The position numbers and the translations under genes were made by a program. From NCBI RefSeq assembly GCF_045124755.1, contig NZ_JBGVMK010000082.1: a DNA stretch of 64,000 nt; one strand, written 5' to 3'. Positions 20,449-30,173 of this stretch are shown piece after piece. Position 1 is the first letter of the stretch, and each line of letters opens with the position of its first letter. The notes under the pieces were generated by a model that was not told the origin of the DNA, did not search any database, and saw only the letters and a program-made list of their open reading frames with translations. The DNA is from Succinimonas sp. GTDB taxonomy: Bacteria > Pseudomonadota > Gammaproteobacteria > Enterobacterales > Succinivibrionaceae.

Positions 20449-21621
20449 ATGACAAAGACTAATGAAAATTTAAAGATGTTTTCATCACTCAACGATGATG
20501 CTACTACCGTATACAATTATGAATCGGACACAAAATATAAAGACAACACTATGGTAAATACATATAGTAACACGATGAATTTCGAGAAGGTTGTTGCTAG
20601 TTCTGAAAGAACTAATACCAATATTGTTGTACCAACTGAGAATACTACTAACAAAAAAGCGGAACCATTAGTATCTGTTCTTATTCCATCATACAATCAT
20701 GCAAAATATATTACAGAGACAGTTAATTCTATCATAGATCAAACATACAAGAATATTGAACTACTGATACTAGATGACGGATCTAGTGATGATACAGCCA
20801 TTAAGATTAGTGCTTTAAGACTGAAGTGCGAAGGAAGATTTGCAAGATTCCTGTTCCAAAAAAAAATAAACGAGGGAGTATGTCTAACATTAAACAAACT
20901 GATAAGTGAATCCAGGGGAGAGTATATTTTCTTAATTGCCTCAGATGATATAGCAAAACCTACGCTCATTGAAAAAGAAGTTAATTTTTTGAAAGATCCT
21001 GTCAATACCGCATATTCATTAGTAGTATGTGACAACACAATTATCGATCAGAACAGCGTGGAATGTTTCTGGGGAAAAGGGAGGCGCTGTGTTTACAACA
21101 GGCAAGAGGCAAAGTTCCTAACATTCGGAAACTATCTTCAAATTTTACGAGGTATTGATTTCAAGGGGGATGATTTCGGAAAATATGAGCATCTTTACCT
21201 CAGAGGAAATCATATACCTAATGGATATTTAATAAGGAAGAGTATTCTCAAGTTGACTGGTTTATATAATCCGAAAGCTCCACTTGAAGACTATTATTTA
21301 ATGTTACAGCTCTCAAAATATTGTCTTTTTAAATATATTGATGAACCATTATTCTGTTACAGATGGCATGATTCAAATTCAATAAAGAATTCATATAGAA
21401 TTACCAAAATGACAGTAGCAACAGAAAAGATTGAAGATGACATATTAGCAAAGATAGACATTAATGACCCAAACTTTCTCGAGAATACGGTATTATTTAA
21501 ACATAAATATGATCAGAGTTTAGCATATAAAATTCATCGTGTTTTACGAAAACTAAGGGTCGTTTTTAAATATTGGTATTATGTAATAACGCAGAAAACA
21601 TTCTTCACTCAGACTGATTAA
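20449..21621 (+). CDS. Glycosyltransferase family 2 (start uncertain; about 70 aa Asn/Thr-rich N-terminal extension if the first ATG is used)
   Basis: VSVLIPSYNHAKYITETVNSIIDQTYKNIELLILDDGSSDDT is the canonical GT2 N-terminal motif. It is the only island gene on this side transcribed on the + strand. Confidence 0.8.
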   Translation: MTKTNENLKMFSSLNDDATTVYNYESDTKYKDNTMVNTYSNTMNFEKVVASSERTNTNIVVPTENTTNKKAEPLVSVLIPSYNHAKYITETVNSIIDQTYKNIELLILDDGSSDDTAIKISALRLKCEGRFARFLFQKKINEGVCLTLNKLISESRGEYIFLIASDDIAKPTLIEKEVNFLKDPVNTAYSLVVCDNTIIDQNSVECFWGKGRRCVYNRQEAKFLTFGNYLQILRGIDFKGDDFGKYEHLYLRGNHIPNGYLIRKSILKLTGLYNPKAPLEDYYLMLQLSKYCLFKYIDEPLFCYRWHDSNSIKNSYRITKMTVATEKIEDDILAKIDINDPNFLENTVLFKHKYDQSLAYKIHRVLRKLRVVFKYWYYVITQKTFFTQTD

Positions 21622-21773
21622 TAATCAAAAAAAAGCGCAAAAGCTGATTTTTATCTGACTTTGATATAGTAAATACTTTGAAACACCTTTATTGTTTAGC
21701 AGAAAATATTTTAGACTTTTACACTTTTATCATAAATATTATTTTTCAACAGCTTCTTAACATAAATAGTTTG

Positions 21774-23201
21774 TTAATTTCTATGTTTAATCATATTAAC
21801 TAACTTTGTCAAATCTTCCTTATATATTAATGACATCCCTGCTGAAAAGCATAAGGCTGCAAGAGTCCCAATAATTGATAGTTTGCTGAACCATATTCTC
21901 CAAAAAATCATATATGCTACAATCAATAGAGATGCCATAATAAACCTCTTTGAAACAACCATAAGCTTCATCCTGCATAAAACAATCACACAAATGATGT
22001 CTGATACGACATACCCCATAAGTGTGGCAACCGATGCCCCTTCTATACCGAGAATAGGGATTAACAAATAGTTGATCAAAACGTTCAATACAACACCTGA
22101 TGACAAAATTATAAAATTTGGCCATGTCTTTTTAATTACCAGGAACTGATTCGCTGCGACTTGGAATAGCATCAGCAAAAGAGGCGCCAAGAACAAATAT
22201 GGAGCTACAATATACCCACTTAAATAGTCTTGTCTGAATAACAATTCGAAGATCTCATAGCTCCAAGCACAGATGAATGCAGTGGCAACAAATGAGATAA
22301 TTCCAAGATACTCAAATATTCTCGAATTCAACTCTACTTGATGATCTTCCTTCATCGTTGAGAAAGCAAAGTACTGCCAGCCTCCAGCAAATCCAATATA
22401 AATCAATTGACTCACATGTCCAAGATTCGAACCAACGGAGTAGATTCCTGTGGCACCAATACCAGTCATGTTCGTAATCATAACCTTATCACAGGAATTA
22501 AATACCCAGTAGATCAAAAAATTCGGTAGTAAAGGTATTGCAATTACTAGAAGCTGTTTCAAAAGTTTTTTATCAAATAATCTGGGGTTGAACCACTTCC
22601 GATTCATAACAGCAAAAGCAATTTCCATTGTAATTCCAGAAATAACTGCTGCCAAAGGTAATGCGATCACATAGTAACCGGATAATAACATTGGGATTGA
22701 TATTAAATATGAAATTAGCGGGCTGATAGTGTTTGTAACCAAAAAGACTTTTCTCTTGTTCTGCATTCTGGTTGGAGCGGATATTATGCTGTTTGTTGCC
22801 CCAACCAATGTGGCCATAGCAGAGAGATAAACCACGTAAGAATACTGCTTGTCACTGAAAAAATACTGGGCAATCAAATCTTTGAATGCCAGCATAATGA
22901 AAAATACTACGATGGAAGTAATGAAAGTAAATACCAAAGCCGTTGAACAGACTTTCCGTTGATAATCTTCATCATTGTTCTCCTCGAAGAACATACGATA
23001 CATTGCATCGTACATTCCCATAATCGCGATTGCACTACCAAATTGCACAACAGTGTTCGAAAGATCGCTGATTCCATAATAATCGGTCGCTGGCATTATC
23101 ATAATCACTATCGGGATCATGACCAAAGGAATCAATTTGCTGATAACACCGCCTATACCATACACTAAAAAATTTTCTATAAACAATTTCAGTTTGTTCA
23201 A
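21774..23201 (-). CDS. wzx: Oligosaccharide flippase (Wzx, MOP/polysaccharide biosynthesis protein family)
   Basis: 475 aa, about 12-14 predicted TM segments, in a polysaccharide-locus context. Confidence 0.7.
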   Translation of the reverse strand: MNKLKLFIENFLVYGIGGVISKLIPLVMIPIVIMIMPATDYYGISDLSNTVVQFGSAIAIMGMYDAMYRMFFEENNDEDYQRKVCSTALVFTFITSIVVFFIMLAFKDLIAQYFFSDKQYSYVVYLSAMATLVGATNSIISAPTRMQNKRKVFLVTNTISPLISYLISIPMLLSGYYVIALPLAAVISGITMEIAFAVMNRKWFNPRLFDKKLLKQLLVIAIPLLPNFLIYWVFNSCDKVMITNMTGIGATGIYSVGSNLGHVSQLIYIGFAGGWQYFAFSTMKEDHQVELNSRIFEYLGIISFVATAFICAWSYEIFELLFRQDYLSGYIVAPYLFLAPLLLMLFQVAANQFLVIKKTWPNFIILSSGVVLNVLINYLLIPILGIEGASVATLMGYVVSDIICVIVLCRMKLMVVSKRFIMASLLIVAYMIFWRIWFSKLSIIGTLAALCFSAGMSLIYKEDLTKLVNMIKHRN

Positions 23202-23367
23202 AATAAACTCACAATCTAACTCTCTAACTTACACTTTGCACTTGACTACGAAGAATATATGAATGCAGTGAAAAAGAGCACAAAATCCAATTAAAGGGAA
23301 AATCGAATACGATCGCTTCACCGGAAATCAAAAAAAGTCATTTTTTGAGGTTTTAAGATAAAGAGTA

Positions 23368-24324
23368 TTATTTATTACCCATTCTTTGTTTCTCAAAATA
23401 TCTATTCCAATAATTTTTATTAGAAGTCAGATACATTATAATTCTTTTTGGAATTCTGTTGTAATACAATCCAATCTTATTACCAACAAATTTACCAACA
23501 CAAATATATAAAAATATAAAACAATGCAATATCAAAAAATGCTTTATCAAACCAAAACATACGTATTTAACTAATTCAATACCCTCGGTATTAACTCTTA
23601 TATTTGAATAGTATTCCTTATACATTTTTAAAAAAACCCCGATGTCAAAATTTCTTCTAAGTTCTTGCATAAAAGAATAACTATGTGAGTGATAAACTGT
23701 TGAATGAGCATCATATATAATTTTATAGTCATTCATAATAGCTTTTGTTGCAATTAACATGTCTTCACTAATTAATGTTAATTGTTCAAAACCACCTAAT
23801 AAGTAATAAATATTTCTTCTATAAGCAGAACAGACATCTGACATAAAAAAACATTTTATTCCCAGATTTGCAATATCTTTTTTGGTTTTTATTTTACTTA
23901 ATTCAGGGTAATTAAATTCACGAATTAATTTTTCATAAGGTGTTGCATTTTTTCTCGGAATTTGCCGTCCGTAAACCATTGCAACTTTATCATCTTTAAA
24001 ATTTGATACAATATTTTGTAGATAATCAATATCAAAAATCTCAACATCTTGAGAAAAAAATACAATTATATCACCAATTGATTTAGTTACTGCTAGATGT
24101 CTAGTTCCTCCGTGATCAAAATCAGTTCTTCTAATATTAATAATTTTAACAAACGAAAATTCTCTTGCAATTTGTATTGTATTATCAATAGACTCGGAAT
24201 CAATCACTAGAACTTCTACGGGTTTTAAAGTTTGCTTTTCGATATTTTGTAAATTTCTTCTTAAATATGGTTCGGCATTCAATGTTAAAAACACAACTGA
24301 TACTTCAAAACAGTTATTTTTCAT
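23368..24324 (-). CDS. Glycosyltransferase family 2
   Basis: VSVVFLTLNAEPYL...Q......VLVIDSESIDNT and a downstream DxD-like FSQDV. The start at MKNNCF (24324) overlaps the wzy stop. Confidence 0.75.
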   Translation of the reverse strand: MKNNCFEVSVVFLTLNAEPYLRRNLQNIEKQTLKPVEVLVIDSESIDNTIQIAREFSFVKIINIRRTDFDHGGTRHLAVTKSIGDIIVFFSQDVEIFDIDYLQNIVSNFKDDKVAMVYGRQIPRKNATPYEKLIREFNYPELSKIKTKKDIANLGIKCFFMSDVCSAYRRNIYYLLGGFEQLTLISEDMLIATKAIMNDYKIIYDAHSTVYHSHSYSFMQELRRNFDIGVFLKMYKEYYSNIRVNTEGIELVKYVCFGLIKHFLILHCFIFLYICVGKFVGNKIGLYYNRIPKRIIMYLTSNKNYWNRYFEKQRMGNK

Positions 24325-25675
24325 ATATATAAGCAATCCCTAATAAAATCCAAAAATAGAAATATGTTTCAAAGATGTTACAATTAAAAAAGGCTTGCAC
24401 CATGTAGCAAAGCAACACAAATAAAAAGATAATCTTACTTCTTTGATAAAATAAGTCGTTGCTTTTTATAATTGACATGACAGATCTTACAATACATGTA
24501 CTAAAAAATGTGATATAAACTAGAAAAGAGATTACTCCCTGAGTAGCAAAGATATGCAGATATTCGTTATGTGCAAAATTCACAATAATATGAGCCTTGT
24601 CTAATTCTGGATTCGTAAAAAAAACATCATGAAAATTTCCTATTCCAGTTCCAGTTAGAAAATTGACATTCATTATGTACTCGATAGTATAGCGCCAAAC
24701 TTGACTTCTAAAAGAACCTAATTGATCAAAATTTTGATTATCTGAGGCTATAACAGAAAAATCCTGTAAAAACTCACCAATGCTTGGTATTAATAAATGT
24801 GGCAGAAAAACATAAACAACTATTGTAGAACAGGCAATAATCGAAATAGCTACAGGTATTTTATAATAGCTAATTTCAAAACATGTCTTATGAATAGTGA
24901 GTTTCTTACGATTTATAGCATAACAAGTAATACCAAAAATAACCAACAAAGATACACTCGTGCCAATTCCTAAAATACCAAGTCTTGTACTTGAACAAAT
25001 GGCACAGAAGCTTGATAAAAATATTAAAAAAAGCCACTTTACGTTAAAAACAGAACACTTACGCAACAGATAAGAAATACATGATATTGATACAAATATA
25101 GTTGCAATAGCAGCATAAAAATTACAATGGGATGTTAAACCATAAATACATCTTAGTTGTTCATGCATCTCTGGCATATTGTAACTATTTTCTGAAATTC
25201 TTAGCCCTAGAACTTGAAATATCCCAATAAAATCATGAAGGCATCCGACTATGATAAAAGAGATAATTAGATTCTTTGCATGTTTTTTTAAATCCAATTT
25301 AGTAGCTGAATATAATAAAAAAAAGTACGCATAGTAATGAAATAGCTCTTCAGTATGTCCAATTGATATAAAAAAAGGAGTCAACAGCTCAGGAGTTGAA
25401 AAAGAAACAGAAATACCAGCCAACAAAACAAGTATAGTATATACAAGCGATATAGATGAAAATTTTTTATTTAGACAGATATCAGATAGGAACAACAATA
25501 ATCCTACCAATCCCAACGCAGTTAAATATGCCCTTTCAAATACATATGGCATATTATAAAATAATTCACCAAACAATTCACTTATCGGAACAAATAGCAT
25601 CGAAAGGACAATTATTCCAAAATAGAAATCTGAATCGTTTAAAACTCTTTTTAGAAAAATGCAGTATTCTTCCAT
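24314..25675 (-). CDS. wzy: O-antigen polymerase/ligase family membrane protein (Wzy-like)
   Basis: Polytopic membrane protein with a Wzy_C-like loop (..R..W......I....F.G.G.GNF...........AHNEYLHIFATQG). Confidence 0.7.
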   Translation of the reverse strand: MEEYCIFLKRVLNDSDFYFGIIVLSMLFVPISELFGELFYNMPYVFERAYLTALGLVGLLLFLSDICLNKKFSSISLVYTILVLLAGISVSFSTPELLTPFFISIGHTEELFHYYAYFFLLYSATKLDLKKHAKNLIISFIIVGCLHDFIGIFQVLGLRISENSYNMPEMHEQLRCIYGLTSHCNFYAAIATIFVSISCISYLLRKCSVFNVKWLFLIFLSSFCAICSSTRLGILGIGTSVSLLVIFGITCYAINRKKLTIHKTCFEISYYKIPVAISIIACSTIVVYVFLPHLLIPSIGEFLQDFSVIASDNQNFDQLGSFRSQVWRYTIEYIMNVNFLTGTGIGNFHDVFFTNPELDKAHIIVNFAHNEYLHIFATQGVISFLVYITFFSTCIVRSVMSIIKSNDLFYQRSKIIFLFVLLCYMVQAFFNCNIFETYFYFWILLGIAYIYEK

Positions 25676-25968
25676 AATGATAAAATTCTCAAGCAGTACT
25701 TATATTATTAAATAGAAAAACATTTAATTTGATATGAATTACTTTTGAATAAAGTAAAATTATAAAACCATTTACCGAATTTATTTTATGATAAAATTCT
25801 ATTCGTAACAAAGCAAATAGTCAAACTTCTAGTAACAACACCTAATTAAAAGAAAAAAATACAATCTTAGATAATTTTTTAATTAAACTTTTAACCATAA
25901 CTTCCTACATCATAAGTATCGTACAGCAATATTGTTCTATGGGTTGTAATAGCAAAATCACTCATTTA

Positions 25969-27444
25969 TCAAAATGAGTTTTTATGAGAAATAACAACAT
26001 TCACTGTTTTTAGAATTATTTTAACATCTTTTAATATTGACCATTCTCTAATGTATTTTCTATCAAGAGCAACAACATCTTCAAAATTTGTAATCGAACT
26101 TCTACCACTAACTTGCCACAATCCGGTAATCCCAGGTTTAATAAACAATCTTGACTTATGGTAAAGTCCATATTTTTCCCACTCGTCAATAGTTGGAGGT
26201 CGTGTACCAACTATTGACATATCTCCTTTTAAAACATTAAAAAATTGAGGAAATTCATCAAGACTATATTTCCTAATTAGCGAGCCAACTCCATATTTCT
26301 TTTTTCCATCCGGAAGAATTTTGTTACCTATAACCCTAGGATCAAATTCCATTTTGAACATCATATCATCTTTCACTATATTTTGGCTTCGCAGTTTTTC
26401 CTTTTGTTCCTCTGCATTCAGATACATTGTACGGAATTTATATAAATTAAAAATTCTTCCATGCATTCCTATTCTTTTTTGAGTAAAAAATATTGGACCA
26501 GGAGAAGATAAATAAATTATCGGTGCCAAGATAAAGAACAAAAATAACGTAATTGTGCATCCGGCGATAGCTCCGGCAATGTCAAGCAATCTTTTACAAA
26601 TTAATTGTTCATAGCTCATGTAATTTAACGTTGTTGTAATTGTCATATATGAGCCTATTTTATTAGTTATCTGCTTAAGATTACTTTGATAGAAAGTATT
26701 TGTTAATGCAAAATGCACAGTACTTCCGTTGTATGTCAATTCCTCTAAAATTTTTGATAAATTTTCAGATATAACATTAGAAACAACCAAAACCTCATCA
26801 ATCCAACACCGATTAGCAAATTCTAAATAGTTATCCGGAGTAATTTTTTCATAATCGATCTCATCATCACATTCAAATGAGGCATCTTTATCTTTTTCAA
26901 TTTTATTATCAAGAATCAAAAAACCAATTACCTTATAATTACCAAGCATCCCTGACATATATTCTTGTTTTAAGACACTGTAATAGTTAAGAGTCGTAAT
27001 GATCAACAATGATGCCCTACTACTTTTTTTTGTATATTTGATAAATAATTTGATATAAAACATCATTATGAAATAATTAAACAAAAAATAAAATAATGGA
27101 AAATATATTGCAAATATAATTCTTGAGTAATCAACTCCTTGTTTTGTTCCAAAAAAATAAAATATTGTCATTGTATCCACAATAACCACTTGTTTTATAT
27201 TTGCAACGATTTTTCTTCCTGAATTCTCCTTTGCGTATCCTTTATATATTTGAAAAACAATAGCTGATAGTATCGAACCAAGAGTAATGATAATCGATAT
27301 ATTTAAATATCTAGTATTAGTATATACTAAAGAATGATCCACGTGAATATAATATGAAATCATTAATGCCAAATGCAATGAAAACACATTCAACACAATA
27401 AAATCAAAATTCTTAATCCATCCTATTGGCTTTTTATGATACAT
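25969..27444 (-). CDS. Polyprenyl-phosphate hexose-1-phosphate transferase (WbaP-like bacterial sugar transferase)
   Basis: C-terminal PGT domain KR..D......I..L....P........L.......PIFF.Q.R.G..G..F...KFRTM....E.....LDE.PQFFNVLKGDMS.VG.RP. N-terminal TM bundle. Confidence 0.85.
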   Translation of the reverse strand: MYHKKPIGWIKNFDFIVLNVFSLHLALMISYYIHVDHSLVYTNTRYLNISIIITLGSILSAIVFQIYKGYAKENSGRKIVANIKQVVIVDTMTIFYFFGTKQGVDYSRIIFAIYFPLFYFLFNYFIMMFYIKLFIKYTKKSSRASLLIITTLNYYSVLKQEYMSGMLGNYKVIGFLILDNKIEKDKDASFECDDEIDYEKITPDNYLEFANRCWIDEVLVVSNVISENLSKILEELTYNGSTVHFALTNTFYQSNLKQITNKIGSYMTITTTLNYMSYEQLICKRLLDIAGAIAGCTITLFLFFILAPIIYLSSPGPIFFTQKRIGMHGRIFNLYKFRTMYLNAEEQKEKLRSQNIVKDDMMFKMEFDPRVIGNKILPDGKKKYGVGSLIRKYSLDEFPQFFNVLKGDMSIVGTRPPTIDEWEKYGLYHKSRLFIKPGITGLWQVSGRSSITNFEDVVALDRKYIREWSILKDVKIILKTVNVVISHKNSF

Positions 27445-27707
27445 AACTACAATTCTTACAAAAGCATCTCGAAAATTTGAATAGGTAAATAATTTATTAC
27501 TTTATATAATCAATAAAGCTTTTAATTATTCACTGAATAGTATGTTTGTTTTACGTCATCAACAAACCATCTGAAAACAATAATCAGTTTTATTATAAAT
27601 AATAATTATTAATATTTGATACACAATCCTTCAATACTACATAAATATCATTCTTTAAATAAATCTATTATTCGAGTCTGTCTATTACACTTTGTTGCTT
27701 GTTTTAT

Positions 27708-29192
27708 TTACATTGGTAAAGCACACATCCCACCAGACAAAACCAAGACCTTAACATTTTTGAACCCTTGTTCCACAAGATGAGCAGCCTGAGTTTTGCT
27801 CATAACCCCATTTTTGCAATAGAGAAGATATGTTTTTGACTGGTCCAATGCCGCAAAACCTTCGCTCACCTTATAGAAAGGCATTTCAACAACCGGAACA
27901 GATGCCTTCAATGGATCATCCCGTGCCTCATCAGGAGCTCTGACGTCAAGTATTACGTCATTCGGACCTGTTACCGGAGTTTCCTGCACTGTACCTTCTG
28001 AAGCCTTTTCCTCGGGAATATCCTTAATGTCCATGACAACCGCATCAGAAACTGCCTGTTCTAACACCCCAGAGGCTATTTTGGATTCTTCTTCCTCCAC
28101 CATACGAATATCAGCATGGATAGTAGGACGGTCAGAAATCACCCCGCAGTACTCCGGCATGCTTTCAGCAAAGTGAACTGTTCCAATTTCCCGGCATTTA
28201 TCAATTATGTCTTGTTTATCACTAACAATAAGGGGACGCAGTATAAGCATTTTAACAGACTGATCAATAACGCTGAGATTAGCTAATGTTTGACTTGAAA
28301 CCTGTCCCACACTTTCACCGGTAACCAAGGCTGAAATCCCGTACTTTGCCGCAATCATCTCCCCTGCCCGCATCATCATTCTTTTCAGGATCACCCCTCT
28401 CACGCTGTGATCAGTTTTGGTAAGAATCTCCCCCACCACCCCGGCAAAGGGGACGGCAATAAACCTTACCCTGTGGGATGATCCGTAGCGATTCCAAAGG
28501 TAGTAGCTTTCTGCCTTAACCCCGGTCTCGTGTAAATCCCCGCCCATATTAAAGAAGAGGTAATGCACCCGGGATCCTCTCTTAATAAAGAGATAGGAGG
28601 ATACCCCGGAATCAAAGCCCCCGGAAATAAGACTCAGCACATCATCCTGCGTGGAAAGAGGATACCCGCCAAGTCCCTTATAGTGTCCGGTCACCAGATA
28701 AATGTCATTGTTGTCAATTTCAATCTCAACCTTTACATCCGGGCTTTTTAAATCCACACCGCCGTTTTCAAAATTATCATTGAGCATGCCGCCCACATAA
28801 CGCTCAACATCTATAGAGGTAAAGTCATGAGTACCCCGGCGCTTAACCCGGACGCAGAAGGTCTTCCCCTTAAGCTGACTCCCCCACACCTCTGCCGTCT
28901 TTTGGTAGATATCATCAAGGGAGGAGAAGGCAAAGGGAGAAACTGCCAGCACTGTCTGAATTCCCGGAATTCTGGTAAGCAAGGCTGAAACGTTCTCATT
29001 AGAGACATCCCCCTGAGAAGATGCCTCATCAACCCTTACAATCAGCTTATCCCATTCATTTCTGATTTTAACGGTTATGTTCTCCCTTCTGAGGACATTA
29101 CGAATATTGCTGTCTAGCACCTTTATCATCCGCTTTCTTACAGACTGGCTCTTAATGATAATTTCCGGGAAAACCTTAATGATATATTTCAT
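27708..29192 (-). CDS. thiI: tRNA 4-thiouridine(8) synthase ThiI with C-terminal rhodanese domain
   Basis: MKYIIKVFPEIIIKSQSVRKRMIKVLDSNIRNVL closely matches the E. coli ThiI N-terminus. SGGFDS PP-loop. C-terminal rhodanese with CKNG. Confidence 0.9.
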   Translation of the reverse strand: MKYIIKVFPEIIIKSQSVRKRMIKVLDSNIRNVLRRENITVKIRNEWDKLIVRVDEASSQGDVSNENVSALLTRIPGIQTVLAVSPFAFSSLDDIYQKTAEVWGSQLKGKTFCVRVKRRGTHDFTSIDVERYVGGMLNDNFENGGVDLKSPDVKVEIEIDNNDIYLVTGHYKGLGGYPLSTQDDVLSLISGGFDSGVSSYLFIKRGSRVHYLFFNMGGDLHETGVKAESYYLWNRYGSSHRVRFIAVPFAGVVGEILTKTDHSVRGVILKRMMMRAGEMIAAKYGISALVTGESVGQVSSQTLANLSVIDQSVKMLILRPLIVSDKQDIIDKCREIGTVHFAESMPEYCGVISDRPTIHADIRMVEEEESKIASGVLEQAVSDAVVMDIKDIPEEKASEGTVQETPVTGPNDVILDVRAPDEARDDPLKASVPVVEMPFYKVSEGFAALDQSKTYLLYCKNGVMSKTQAAHLVEQGFKNVKVLVLSGGMCALPM

Positions 29193-29308
29193 AACATTCC
29201 TGCTTGTGCGCTTGCGTTCTGTTCTGTAATAAAAAACCGGGAAGCCCCGGTTTTCATATGTCACGACTCAATACATAACCACTCGGTCAATTAAACTTGC
29301 CTTCCGGA

Positions 29309-30013
29309 TTACTCTTCACCATCGTGATGACAGCAGTGATGATGCTCATGGTCTTCATCGTGTTCATGATCTTCTTCATGCTCATGATCATGGTGATGAC
29401 AGCACTTATGCTCATGATCGTGCTCATGTTCCTCATCATCGTCATCATGATGATGGCAGCAGCAATGGTCATCAGCGCCGTCGTCATCTTCATCATGATC
29501 GTGATGATGGTGGCAGCAGCAGTGATCATGTTCATCATGCTCGCAGTGTCCGTTTACATGAACATGGCCATGACTGATTTCGGATTCCGTGGCCTCACGA
29601 ACATCGAGCACATCAACATGAAACTGCAGGGTAAGACCGGCCAGAGGATGGTTGCCGTCAACCACAACGTCATCACCGGAAAGAGACTTAATGAATATGG
29701 GCTTCTGACCGGCATCGGTATCAGCAAGGAAGGAATCTCCCACATGGATTTCCATATCGCCGAACATGGATCTGTCCACAGTCTGAACCAGAGCGGGATC
29801 TCTGAGTCCGTAAGCCTTTTCCGGAGCCACAGTCACATCAACTCTGTCTCCGGCCTCATGTCCTATCAATGCTTCTTCAAGACCGGGAATTATCGCCCCG
29901 TGGCCTATCAGCACCTGAAGAGTATCCTGATCATTGGTAGTATCAAGTACTCTGTTATCCTCATCTGTAACAATATAATCAATAGAAACAACAGAATTCT
30001 TCTGAACCTTCAT
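29309..30013 (-). CDS. slyD: FKBP-type peptidyl-prolyl isomerase SlyD with an extended Cys/His/Asp/Glu metal-binding tail
   Basis: MKVQKNSVVSIDYIV.DE...LD.T.......L.G.G..IPGLE.AL.GHE.GD...V.V.PE.AYG as in SlyD. The C-terminal about 85 aa are almost only H, C, D and E. Confidence 0.9.
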   Translation of the reverse strand: MKVQKNSVVSIDYIVTDEDNRVLDTTNDQDTLQVLIGHGAIIPGLEEALIGHEAGDRVDVTVAPEKAYGLRDPALVQTVDRSMFGDMEIHVGDSFLADTDAGQKPIFIKSLSGDDVVVDGNHPLAGLTLQFHVDVLDVREATESEISHGHVHVNGHCEHDEHDHCCCHHHHDHDEDDDGADDHCCCHHHDDDDEEHEHDHEHKCCHHHDHEHEEDHEHDEDHEHHHCCHHDGEE

Positions 30014-30173
30014 AAAACTTCAAACTCCTTTAAGCAGCATCACCCTGCGATTATATCATGCACCGGTCAATTACTCTCCAAAAAATGGAATCCGGCAGTT
30101 TAGCCCGCTTTACGCTATAATGAACGCAAATTTTGATCTGTATCAGATAACGCTAACCAAGCCAATTCATTTC

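Noticed and set aside
11386-27707. A JUMPstart/ops (GGCGGTAG) antitermination element in the island leaders (11386-11924 and 27445-27707).
   Set aside because: I read both leaders on both strands and found no GGCGGTAG or CTACCGCC.
29297-30103. A 268-aa ORF that is extremely rich in Met/Val/Ile and looks like a membrane protein.
   Set aside because: It is the reverse complement of the His/Asp/Cys codons (CAT/CAC/GAT/GAC/TGC) of the SlyD tail and body. The SlyD reading is unambiguous.
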